A stretch of DNA of 32,000 nt from an uncultured Bacteroidales bacterium (GTDB lineage: Bacteria > Bacteroidota > Bacteroidia > Bacteroidales > WCHB1-69): the NCBI GenBank assembly GCA_937901925.1, contig CALGTS010000016.1:1-32000 (forward strand), given 5' to 3'. Shown one piece after another: positions 7,201 to 14,282 of this stretch. The first letter of the stretch is position 1, and each line of letters starts with the position of its first letter. The notes under the pieces were generated by a model. It did not search any database and was not told where the DNA came from. It saw nothing but the letters and a program-made list of their open reading frames with translations. The translations under genes were made by a program, and so were the position numbers.

Positions 7201-8097
7201 ATAGTATCAGACGGTGGAACACCTGTCACCTCTCGTGGTGTATGTTGGTCAACCTCACCTAATCCTACAATAAATGACTTTCATACTAATAATGGAATAG
7301 GCATAGGGAGTTTTATTAGCAACATCACGGGACTTACTCATGGCACTACCTATTATGCACGTGCATACGCCACTAATGCTAATGGGACTTCTTACGGCGC
7401 AGAGGTGACTTTTACAACCTCCATAACATGTGGAGTACACACGGTAAGTGATTATGATGGAAACGAATATAATACAGTACAGATTGGTGACCAATGTTGG
7501 ATGAAAGAGAATATGCGAACCACGCACTTCGCTGACGGCAGGACTATTGCACAAGCAACTGTTTCCCAATATTCTTCCAGTGATCCTTATTATTACAATC
7601 CTGGCTTTGACACGGAGTACGGTTTTTTTTACAATTGGATTGCCATGACTTATGCCACATCTACCAGTGGCTGGGATCCGAGCGGTGTGCGACAAGGTGT
7701 CTGTCCGATGGGTTGGCATGTTCCAAGCGATAGTGAGTGGACAGAATTGACACAGTATGTGGGAAGCCAAAGTCAATACAGATGTGGTAACAACAACACC
7801 TATATTGCTAAAGCCTTGGCGAGTACTACTGGATGGGATGTTCACGTAACAAACACTTGTCACGTAGGCTATTTGCAAAGTGGAAACAATGCCACTGGTT
7901 TCAGTGCCTTGCCGGCAGGTAGTTACCTGCATATGGGTAGCTTTTTCAATTCATCTTATTATGCCAATTTTTGGAGTGCTACCGAAAACAGCAGTACGCA
8001 TGGAATCAGGTGGTATTTGGTATATTTTTCTCCGAATATAAACAGCGACACATGTGCTAAAGCTAATGCCTATTCCGTCCGCTGCCTCCGCGATTAA
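4228..8097 (+). CDS. Large secreted repeat protein: signal peptide, N-terminal T9SS-CTD-like domain, six ~90-aa Ig/FN3-like repeats, two FISUMP (Fibrobacter succinogenes major paralogous) domains
   Basis: Signal peptide 'FLAILWAFSLANAQ'. 'LAQNVPNPFSGETEV...LEPGGHHFRI...TYILTA...VKMV' matches the T9SS sorting-domain pattern. The repeats carry 'RGVCWSTSHNPTI...TTYYVRAYATN..GTAYG'. 'GNQCWMKENLR...GWHVPS..EW...FSA.PAG...FWSAT...RCLRD' occurs twice (about 6472-7116 and 7429-8094). Confidence 0.85.
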   Translation: MKKGMITFLAILWAFSLANAQTVTLTFTGRDASSQHVQLHRVCVTNLTRGWQETIYWPDTTLSMQNSTGISENGLGEGFSLAQNVPNPFSGETEVIMVTDATGEVFLTVSDVTGKSVAVFSRMLEPGGHHFRIRLAVAQTYILTARQGARSASVKMVNKGTSKGNEILYEGSGNPISYTLKSSTTHPFTFGDQMEYVGYAVINGSEEESQRITQAQGASQTFVMQFQGEQHRLPTVITSAVTEITENSALCGGSVTDEGSGAVTGRGVCWGTSHNPTINDSLTAEGSGIGSFTSNITELESSTTYYVRAYATNNVGTAYGQEIAFTTVDEILPSVTGNITYNQYTCVHIAGSVDYEGSSPVLEKGVCWSTSPNPTIADNYMSFGGGVGSYSCSITDLNPETRYYFSVYARNNAGITCGPVNGGGYDGSVTTGYYPTPYFDNISNPTVIDESTMQISFDVTWYPTTYCRDSIVEKGFCWTTSNSHYYQSPTLSDNYISLGAGEGSVTYTMTGLTPNVYYHFRPYAITTAGVTFYGSTFFKKIILHTPQVSTASVSDITDISAVCGGNVTGTGTNQFDAVVTARGVCWSTSHNPTIADSHTSDGSGTGSFTSSITGLAPGTTYYVRAYATNSIGTAYGNEVNFTTAVPVILPSVTTSPVLNITEHAASCSGNVISDGGTTVTGRGVCWSTSHNPTIVDNHTYGGSGTGNFDCIISGLASGTTYYARAFAINNIGVAYGGELEFTTLQVQSCPNIPTVTDYDGNTYNTVQIGNQCWMKENLRTTHYADGTAITLAQGSGSSNTIPFYYTNNGGYHYYNWPAAKGWGSDGVNSICPEGWHVPSAEEWLLLIQYVRSQSQYACDNNYAYIAKALASTSSVWSNSTDYCAVGNNEILNNGTGFSAMPAGIFGNNGNNWSSVAIATFWSATGEIGTTSLANAMKIYYNSPTVDISSYDKSVGLAIRCLRDGTSSAGLPTVITNSMSDISETTATCGGNIVSDGGTPVTSRGVCWSTSPNPTINDFHTNNGIGIGSFISNITGLTHGTTYYARAYATNANGTSYGAEVTFTTSITCGVHTVSDYDGNEYNTVQIGDQCWMKENMRTTHFADGRTIAQATVSQYSSSDPYYYNPGFDTEYGFFYNWIAMTYATSTSGWDPSGVRQGVCPMGWHVPSDSEWTELTQYVGSQSQYRCGNNNTYIAKALASTTGWDVHVTNTCHVGYLQSGNNATGFSALPAGSYLHMGSFFNSSYYANFWSATENSSTHGIRWYLVYFSPNINSDTCAKANAYSVRCLRD

Positions 8098-8127
8098 CAT
8101 AAAAATTCAATAAATATGGGAGGCAGC

Positions 8128-8154
8128 CGAAAATCCCTCAAAGAGTAGGCGAAA
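8128..8154 (+). repeat. Cassette leader repeat, copy 1
   Basis: 'cgaaaatccctcaaagagtaggcgaaa' here versus 'cgaaaatccctcaatgagcaggcaaaa' at 9746-9772. Each lies a few tens of nt upstream of a low-GC nuclease gene. Confidence 0.55.
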
Positions 8155-8172
8155 GAATAAAAATCTATTATT

Positions 8173-9168
8173 ATGACGAATAATAAATCAACCCAAAGTA
8201 ACACACCGAGTAAATTTTTTAAACTACCATACAATATGGATGGTAACAGCTGTACAACACTTTTTAAGCACGGGTATTTCAATTTCCCTATAAAAGAATA
8301 TAATGGATTGGGACGAAACAAAGAACATTGTCTTGGCAGTTATACATTATTCGTTGCAAAGGATGTAAAGGAAAAGTATGCGAAAGACGGCTTCATAAGC
8401 GAAATACTTAACATGATTGATAATGACAAGGTTCAAATAAGAATATTTACTTCTCCTTACAAAAGGGGAGGCAAGAAAGGAGAGGTCGTTCGTTGTGCTA
8501 TCGATTATATCTTTTTGCAACAAATCAAAAAACTGTTTGTCAGTACTCTGGCTTATCTATATGCAAAAAAAGATGTTCCAGAAATGGAATCCATGGAGTT
8601 TACTTTCGACTATTCGGACTTGGAAGCCAGAACAGTCTCTTTGTCTTCTTTGAATTTATATACACCATTGGACAACCCTTTTTTTGAGTATGCGAGAAAT
8701 TATGCCTCTTTCCTTTCTTTGGAAGACATCAGTTCTGGAAAACTGAAAACACAAGATGACTCTGAAAGAAACGATTTCTACAAACCCGAACTACTGTCAC
8801 CGTGGAAAACGGCGGATAACATTGACAAAGATAAATCTTATTTATTAGATATTCCAGGAATATATATGCTGTATAATTCTAACAACAACAATTTCTATAT
8901 CGGCAAATCCAAAAACCTTTTGCAACGCATCAAGAAACATTATGATGACGAAAACGATCCGTCATACGGGTTCACACATTACCGCTACAGTATAATCCAA
9001 AGCGAATATTTTGATGTTTTAGACTTGATTGAGAACGCTGCCATACATGATGTAGCATGGATTTTGAATATGCCAGAATCAAAAAGATATAAAAAAGCGC
9101 TTTCTACTTTTGCTGATATAAACAACTGCATAATGACAAATAAGATAGAACGTCAAACAAAGAAATAA
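8173..9168 (+). CDS. GIY-YIG nuclease-domain protein (C-terminal) with an uncharacterised N-terminal region
   Basis: 'IPGIYMLYNSNNNNFYIGKSKNLLQRIKKHY' gives GIY-x10-YIG plus the conserved Arg, with a downstream 'LIENAAIHD' Glu. Visibly low-GC ORF. Confidence 0.75.
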   Translation: MTNNKSTQSNTPSKFFKLPYNMDGNSCTTLFKHGYFNFPIKEYNGLGRNKEHCLGSYTLFVAKDVKEKYAKDGFISEILNMIDNDKVQIRIFTSPYKRGGKKGEVVRCAIDYIFLQQIKKLFVSTLAYLYAKKDVPEMESMEFTFDYSDLEARTVSLSSLNLYTPLDNPFFEYARNYASFLSLEDISSGKLKTQDDSERNDFYKPELLSPWKTADNIDKDKSYLLDIPGIYMLYNSNNNNFYIGKSKNLLQRIKKHYDDENDPSYGFTHYRYSIIQSEYFDVLDLIENAAIHDVAWILNMPESKRYKKALSTFADINNCIMTNKIERQTKK

Positions 9169-9247
9169 TAATCGTCAGTTTTCCACACCCCACTCGCCAC
9201 CCTGCCACTTTTTGGCAGGGTGGCGTTCTATTTTTGCCGCGTTGAAA
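9165..9247 (+). repeat. Junction module copy 2: conserved tail, perfect 12-bp GC-rich hairpin and -7 promoter box
   Basis: The tail 'ataataatcgtcagttttccacacc' (9165-9189) is identical to 11746-11770. The hairpin is GCCACCCTGCCA-ctttt-TGGCAGGGTGGC (9196-9224). TAttTTTG lies at 9229-9236. The module probably acts as a terminator followed by a promoter. Confidence 0.85.
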
Positions 9248-9284
9248 TTGAGAGAATATTTTATAACCCTTAAATTCCAAAAAA

Positions 9285-9683
9285 ATGAAAAAAAACGATC
9301 GCGCAGCATTGAGGTACCAGATACTGCTGATGCTGCAACAAAATGGACCTCTTACCGAAACGGAAATCACCCATCGGCTGGACGATATCATAGGAATGGA
9401 CGAAGAAGAACTAGACGAATGTTATGAAAATTGCCCTAACGACAAGGTGTTTTACAAATGTGTCGCAACCAACGAACAAGACCTAAAAGCGGCCGGATTA
9501 GTTGAGTTCTTCGGAAACTACGGTCTCTGCATCACAGATATCGGTGCCCGGGCACTGGTGGACAACGAGAAGACCAGACGAATTGAGTACGACTACCTTC
9601 TACAATTTCCGGAATACTGCAAATGGATAAAGAACTTCCGTGAAGGGACCAAAGGAACAAAAGAAATAATCGAAGAGTTTTAA
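9285..9683 (+). CDS. Small winged-helix protein resembling the N-terminal domain of Mrr-type restriction proteins
   Basis: 132 aa. 'RYQILLMLQQNGPLTETEI' and 'DLKAAGLVEFFGNYGLCITDIGARAL' fit the Mrr_N-like wHTH pattern as I recall it. No catalytic domain is present. Confidence 0.6.
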   Translation: MKKNDRAALRYQILLMLQQNGPLTETEITHRLDDIIGMDEEELDECYENCPNDKVFYKCVATNEQDLKAAGLVEFFGNYGLCITDIGARALVDNEKTRRIEYDYLLQFPEYCKWIKNFREGTKGTKEIIEEF

Positions 9684-9745
9684 TCATATTTTATGCACTG
9701 AAACGACAATCCAATAATGCGGATTCCGCAAACATGGACGAATAG

Positions 9746-9772
9746 CGAAAATCCCTCAATGAGCAGGCAAAA
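9746..9772 (+). repeat. Cassette leader repeat, copy 2
   Basis: See 8128-8154. A 14-nt identical core 'cgaaaatccctcaa' is followed by further matches. Confidence 0.55.
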
Positions 9773-9803
9773 AACAAGAACAAACAATAAAAAAACACTG
9801 ATT

Positions 9804-10940
9804 ATGGAACACAAATTGACAAAAACAGAAGTGAAATATGGTATTTTGGTCATTAAAGAGAAGGAAAACGGTATAGGATTGCCGTCATACTACCAACCGA
9901 TTACCATACATGATGTTGCAACAGGCAAAGAGTATAGCAAAAGAATGCATTTGTCTGTAAGAAATCGTATAGACGGCCTAACAAGCCTGTACAGAGCAAA
10001 CCTCGTTTCAGAAGGGGATGCGGTGAATCTGGAATTGGAAGGGAATGTGTTAAACGTTTCCTTTATAAAAAAGGAAGAGACCCAATTTCAGAAAAACCAA
10101 GATGAAATCGTCGAACAACGCGAGGTGTTGGAGAACCTTAAAGAAACCATTGAATCCGTCAGGGATATAATAACCAACCTGGAGTATCTTTTCTATCATA
10201 ACGAAACAAATGTGCGGATAGAAATTGTTGAACGGATTCTCAATGCTTTAAGATGGCACTTCCCCGAGCTTTCGCGGGAACAAAAAGGCAGAACAGGGAA
10301 ACGTGTCGATATTGCCCTCTATAAAAAGAACTACGACTATCTGAAATGCATGGCGCTGATTGAGGTGAAATCCATAGACAAGGATTTAGACGATGAAGAT
10401 ATTTTCCAACAGCTTCTTGGCTATTTGGATGATCCAAGATTTGATTCCGTACCGATAGGGATACTGACAAACGGGCGTATCTGGATGGCCTACGAAAGAA
10501 GCGGGGATCTGATTGGTTGTGTGGATTTTCTGTCGGACACGGATGAGGAACTCGCGAACTTTTTCGAATATTTGGAGTATGAGCGCATCGACGAGTTTGC
10601 CGATGCTAATTTTCCAGAACGGGAAAGAGACTATGATGGGAAAGACCGGCACAATATCGTGGTGGAATATGCCAAAAAGGGGAAGTTGTGTATGGACAAT
10701 TCAACTGAAACTTTCAAGGCCTTCATTATGGAGCATCTTGAAGATGTGCAGGAACTTCAAAACAACAATTATTTCCCCATTCCCATTTTGTCCGAAAAGG
10801 GAAATGAACTCCGTAATGCAAGCAAAGTAAGAGGAAAAAAACTATACATCACAGGGGATCATAGCACCTATTATAAGCTAATGCTGATCAAGCAGATTAT
10901 CAGCGATTGCGGGATAAAGGCCAAAGCATATCTTGAATAA
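9804..10940 (+). CDS. PD-(D/E)xK nuclease-motif protein with uncharacterised N- and C-terminal regions
   Basis: 'GKRVDIALYKKNYDYLKCMALIEVKSID' fits D...ExK and resembles HsdR-N/restriction-endonuclease-like cores. The ATG at 9804 is preferred because the 9717 start lies upstream of and reads through the leader repeat. Confidence 0.7.
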   Translation: MEHKLTKTEVKYGILVIKEKENGIGLPSYYQPITIHDVATGKEYSKRMHLSVRNRIDGLTSLYRANLVSEGDAVNLELEGNVLNVSFIKKEETQFQKNQDEIVEQREVLENLKETIESVRDIITNLEYLFYHNETNVRIEIVERILNALRWHFPELSREQKGRTGKRVDIALYKKNYDYLKCMALIEVKSIDKDLDDEDIFQQLLGYLDDPRFDSVPIGILTNGRIWMAYERSGDLIGCVDFLSDTDEELANFFEYLEYERIDEFADANFPERERDYDGKDRHNIVVEYAKKGKLCMDNSTETFKAFIMEHLEDVQELQNNNYFPIPILSEKGNELRNASKVRGKKLYITGDHSTYYKLMLIKQIISDCGIKAKAYLE

Positions 10941-11006
10941 AACGGCAAACATCTTCCAACAACAATAAAACAAATCAGGTTAATGTGCCTGTAAAACATC
11001 AAAACA

Positions 11007-11729
11007 ATGGAAAATCAATTTGAGCAGCATTTTTTTGAAGCAATCGGAAAGATGAACAAGGAAGCACTAAAGAATGGACTCGACACATTGGACAACACAA
11101 ACATAGGGAAAAGTCTCAAAACTTTTTCGATTATAACAGCTGAAAATCCTAAAGGAGAAAAATTGCAACGTGCCGAAAACGAAATAAGAATGTCTGAATT
11201 AAAAAAGGCACTTGAACAAGAGAGAATTTTGTTTATATCACAAAAGGGGGGTTACAAAACTGATGAAAATCCTGATGGTGCAGAAAACTCACTTATTTTG
11301 ATAAATGCGCAATCATTTGTTGCAGAATCTTTGTCTTTGAAATTTCAACAAAAGAGTTTCATTCATTGTAAATGTGAAAACAACAAAATAACAAGTTGTT
11401 ATTACGAAACAAAAGATTATAAATCATATAAACTTTTAGAAACAATAATAAATCCAATAAATAACATAGAAGAAACAGACGATTGTCATTCTATGTGCAT
11501 CTTTAATCATAATCAAATAAAATACACGATATCCTTCAAATTGTTTGAAGATATTGCTGATTTTATAGCTGATTCCATGAATATTTCACTGAACGAATAC
11601 GATGTAAGATTAAACGAAGAAAGCATAAGAATAGCTGCTTTTGGTTGTGGCTCGTCTCGTTATTATCGCAACATGACTATGTACAAAGCTATACAAGAAA
11701 ACATTAAAAGACATCTGTCAAAAGAATAA
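11007..11729 (+). CDS. Hypothetical protein (240 aa), low GC
   Basis: Clean ORF 66 nt after the nuclease gene. The 'FSIITAENPKGEKL' motif vaguely recalls the ITAxNP motif of an uncharacterised DUF family. No confident assignment. Confidence 0.65.
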   Translation: MENQFEQHFFEAIGKMNKEALKNGLDTLDNTNIGKSLKTFSIITAENPKGEKLQRAENEIRMSELKKALEQERILFISQKGGYKTDENPDGAENSLILINAQSFVAESLSLKFQQKSFIHCKCENNKITSCYYETKDYKSYKLLETIINPINNIEETDDCHSMCIFNHNQIKYTISFKLFEDIADFIADSMNISLNEYDVRLNEESIRIAAFGCGSSRYYRNMTMYKAIQENIKRHLSKE

Positions 11730-11745
11730 TGTATGTAACCTTTTC

Positions 11746-11830
11746 ATAATAATCGTCAGTTTTCCACACCTTACTCCGCCACCCAGCCGCTTTTTGGCAG
11801 GGTGGCGTCCTATTTTTGCCGCATCAAAAT
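11746..11830 (+). repeat. Junction module copy 3 (tail, imperfect hairpin, -7 box TAttTTTG at 11811-11818)
   Basis: The tail is identical to 9165-9189. The hairpin at 11778-11806 has two mismatches in the left arm. It precedes the ATGAAAAAG start at 11864. Confidence 0.85.
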
Positions 11831-11863
11831 AAAACCTTTTCATCAACAATTAAAATTCAAGAC

Positions 11864-12487
11864 ATGAAAAAGAACAATTCATCGGAAGAGATTTTCTCTT
11901 TTGCGAAAACAATAAACAAAGAGAACATCAAGAAAGGCTCTGACTTCGTCAACATTGAGGTGGGGACGTTCAGTGAAACGGAGATTGACCACATTGATTG
12001 GCCGGAAGGCGTTCAATCTATCGGTCACGACGCTTTCGCTCACTGCGGCAATTTGGAAACCGTGGTGATTCCCGACACCGTTGTGGAAGTGGGCGAACGG
12101 GCCTTCATCGAGTGCCTACTGCTGCGTTCCATCACATTCTCCAGAAACATGGTGGAGATTCCATCAGGTTGTTGTGCCGAGTGTCTCGCTTTGAAGTCGG
12201 TCGCCATTCCAGCCAATATCCGCACCATCGGCTATAGCGCCTTTGTCAAATGCCTGAGCCTGAAAAACGTGACCCTCCCGGAGGGTGTTACTACCATCGA
12301 GGATGACGCCTTCTCGTTCTGCCACCGCTTGGAAACCATCCGCCTGCCTGCTAGTCTTTCAAAAATCGGGGAAAACGTTTTCTATATGTGCGAAAATCTG
12401 AGGAATATTGTCGTACCCAAGGGCTGCAAAGAAAAGTTTTCGGAGATGCTACCGGAATGGCGGGATCAGGTTAAAGAAGTAGAATAA
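11864..12487 (+). CDS. BspA-type leucine-rich repeat protein (no signal peptide)
   Basis: Repeats of about 23 aa such as 'IGHDAFAHCGNLETVVIPDTV', 'VGERAFIECLLLRSITF', 'IGYSAFVKCLSLKNVTLPEGV' and 'IEDDAFSFCHRLETIRLP'. The ORF-track start at 11816 lies inside the promoter box, so 11864 was chosen. Confidence 0.8.
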   Translation: MKKNNSSEEIFSFAKTINKENIKKGSDFVNIEVGTFSETEIDHIDWPEGVQSIGHDAFAHCGNLETVVIPDTVVEVGERAFIECLLLRSITFSRNMVEIPSGCCAECLALKSVAIPANIRTIGYSAFVKCLSLKNVTLPEGVTTIEDDAFSFCHRLETIRLPASLSKIGENVFYMCENLRNIVVPKGCKEKFSEMLPEWRDQVKEVE

Positions 12488-12555
12488 GGATGCGTTGGGC
12501 GAGAGTTTAATATGGAATATTATAGATCTGAGGCCATTGCTGTTGGAAATAGTTG

Positions 12556-12563
12556 TATTTTTG
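12556..12563 (+). promoter_or_regulatory. -7 promoter box (TAttTTTG) for WYL gene B
   Basis: Exact TAnnTTTG match 21 nt upstream of the ATG at 12584. Confidence 0.35.
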
Positions 12564-12583
12564 CTGCATCAAAAAGTAAAAAT

Positions 12584-13552
12584 ATGGATAAGCTCAAGAA
12601 GTGCATCTGGATTGTCAACACGGTAGCGGCAGCTGGTGATGCGGGCATCACATTGACCGAACTCAACCGCAAGTGGACCGCCGACCCCGAGAAAGACCCT
12701 ATCCCATATCGCACTTTCCTCCGACTGCGGGACTACATTGCCAACGTTTTCGGCATTGACATCGATTGCGACAAGAGGTATAACGCCTACTATATCCCTT
12801 ATCGCGACGAGTTGTACGATGACAGACTGAAAATGTGGCTGCTCAACAGTTTCGCTATGCACAGTCGGCTGTCGGGCAATCTGGAACTTCGACGACGGGT
12901 GCGCTTTGAGGAAATTCCGGGTGGCAACCGATGGTTGGATCCTATCATGGAAGCTATGCAACAATTCAGCAAGATTTCATTCCTCTACCAAAAGGAGTAT
13001 GAAACAGAAAAAACTTCATACCCGAACTGTGCACCTTTGGCATTGAAACTCTTTAAGCAGCGGTGGTATCTGATAGCGGACAAGGGCGTGGGTGAAATAC
13101 GCTTTTTCGCCCTTGACCGCATAGCGGAAGTGAAATCCCTTGATGAGAAATTCCAGATACCCTCGGATTTCGATCTGGACGATCTCTTCCAGGATGCCTT
13201 TGGAATGTATGTGAATCCCGAAATCGCCACCGAACGTATTGTGGTAAAGGCAGACAGAGACCAAAGCCTCTACTTGATGAGTTTGCCGTTACACCACAGC
13301 CAGCAAATCATTGAAACAACGGATGATTACTCGATTTTCTCTTGGCGACTGAAACCTACATACGATTTCATCCAACAACTACTCACAATGAATCTACATA
13401 TTGAGGTTTTAGAGCCGTTGTCGTTGCGAACCAAGATTGCCGAATTACTGAAAAGTATGGCCAAGAAACATAACTCTTCGCCAACACCTCACAGTTCGCG
13501 AAAGCTCGTTACAAAGGCTACAAAAAACTCAATGAAGGAAAATAAAAATTGA
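12584..13552 (+). CDS. WYL-domain transcriptional regulator (paralog B), tail apparently frameshifted
   Basis: 'FKQRWYLIADKG...FFALDRI' WYL signature and 'LPLHHSQ' shared with paralog A. The last ~25 codons are out of frame relative to the conserved tail at 13477-13545. Confidence 0.8.
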   Translation: MDKLKKCIWIVNTVAAAGDAGITLTELNRKWTADPEKDPIPYRTFLRLRDYIANVFGIDIDCDKRYNAYYIPYRDELYDDRLKMWLLNSFAMHSRLSGNLELRRRVRFEEIPGGNRWLDPIMEAMQQFSKISFLYQKEYETEKTSYPNCAPLALKLFKQRWYLIADKGVGEIRFFALDRIAEVKSLDEKFQIPSDFDLDDLFQDAFGMYVNPEIATERIVVKADRDQSLYLMSLPLHHSQQIIETTDDYSIFSWRLKPTYDFIQQLLTMNLHIEVLEPLSLRTKIAELLKSMAKKHNSSPTPHSSRKLVTKATKNSMKENKN

Positions 13553-13565
13553 GTAAATAGATTTC

Positions 13566-13592
13566 GAGGAGGTGATTTCCTCCTCTTTTTTT
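13566..13592 (+). terminator. Intrinsic terminator after WYL gene B
   Basis: GAGGAGG-tgattt-CCTCCTC followed by T7. Confidence 0.7.
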
Positions 13593-13624
13593 ATTTAAAA
13601 CCAAAGGTGTATGTAAAAAAATTG

Positions 13625-13632
13625 TATTTTTG
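13625..13632 (+). promoter_or_regulatory. -7 promoter box (TAttTTTG) upstream of RNA copy B
   Basis: Exact TAnnTTTG match. It lies about 145 nt upstream of the start of the conserved RNA block, so the RNA 5' end is uncertain. Confidence 0.3.
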
Positions 13633-13777
13633 CAATCTGTAACAGATTCATTGTTACATAGAAAAAACGAATGGATAGGCTTTGCCCGACAACTACGTTC
13701 CGCTTTGCCTACCATCGAAGAGATAGAAAATAATTTAAACAAAAATAATATCGATTGAGATAAGAAACTAACATATA

Positions 13778-13961
13778 CATATTATATTAGATAGCGTTTG
13801 TGGCTATCCTTGAAGTCCAATTTCCACATCGTCCTCGAAAGAGGACACAACTCATCAAGGATTAGTTATGAATGCCGTAGTATCACGGCGTGGAATAACT
13901 TGTTAGATGAGTGGGCGTGGAAACCCGGACTTCAAGCAAGGAATAAATTCCACGTTTTTTT
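13778..13961 (+). ncRNA. Unclassified structured RNA, copy B, in the leader position of an XRE gene
   Basis: Paralog of 3921-4106. The terminator is GCGTGGAA (13915-13922) paired with TTCCACG (13948-13954) plus T7 (13955-13961). The T-run abuts the ATG at 13962. Confidence 0.7.
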
Positions 13962-14177
13962 ATGACAGGAATCAACGACATACACATTGGCAGACGCATC
14001 AAAGCGAAATTAAGAGAGCAAGGGCGCACCTCCGTCTGGTTGGCCACACAGATTCCTTGTTCCCCAAATCATCTGTACAAGGTGTATGACAAGTCCTCCA
14101 TCAACACCGACCTATTGAAGCGTATCTCCCTGATTTTGGATTATAATTTCTTTGAGGATTTTATCCAAAATGGATAG
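13962..14177 (+). CDS. XRE-family helix-turn-helix protein (71 aa)
   Basis: 'IGRRIKAKLREQGRTSVWLATQIPCSPNHLYKVYDKSSINTDLLKRIS' fits the HTH_XRE pattern. Confidence 0.7.
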   Translation: MTGINDIHIGRRIKAKLREQGRTSVWLATQIPCSPNHLYKVYDKSSINTDLLKRISLILDYNFFEDFIQNG

Positions 14178-14232
14178 GCTTTACTATCAACATTAAATAG
14201 GTTTTGCAATTTGTTTTCCAAGAAATTTACTA

Positions 14233-14240
14233 TACATTTG
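14233..14240 (+). promoter_or_regulatory. -7 promoter box (TAcaTTTG) for the exported-protein operon
   Basis: Exact TAnnTTTG match 43 nt upstream of the ATG at 14283. Confidence 0.4.
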
Positions 14241-14282
14241 TGGCGTTATTTTTTTTTAAAAATTATACTTAAATAGGTTAAT

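Noticed and set aside
4261-7932. Antisense ORFs inside the large surface-protein gene (for example 4261-4668 and 7255-7932).
   Set aside because: They lie entirely within a long ORF that has strong repeat and domain structure, and their translations are low-complexity with no motifs.
4228-8097. Diversity-generating retroelement target (a C-terminal lectin-like FISUMP domain resembles CLec-fold variable proteins).
   Set aside because: No reverse transcriptase and no template repeat matching the 3' end of the gene occur anywhere in the window. The two FISUMP copies differ at all base types, not just at adenine-templated positions.
9104-9427. ORFs 9104-9391 (-) and 9212-9427 (+) spanning the junction module.
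   Set aside because: They read through the hairpin and promoter repeat and overlap the better-supported 9285-9683 gene. The repeat is conserved as DNA at three sites with different flanking frames.
8098-11830. Classical integron (gene cassettes with repeated junctions).
   Set aside because: No intI-type integrase is adjacent. The junctions are perfect GC-rich hairpins fused to promoters, unlike attC sites with extrahelical bases. The cassettes carry their own leaders. The only tyrosine recombinase (xerD) is 20 kb away in a housekeeping context.
13670-14182. 14-nt direct repeat 'aatggataggcttt' (13670-13683 and 14169-14182) flanking RNA-B plus the XRE gene, as possible target-site or att duplication.
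   Set aside because: Roughly one or two chance 14-mer matches are expected in a 32-kb AT-biased window. There is no extended similarity beyond the 14 nt and no recombinase. It is too weak to call.
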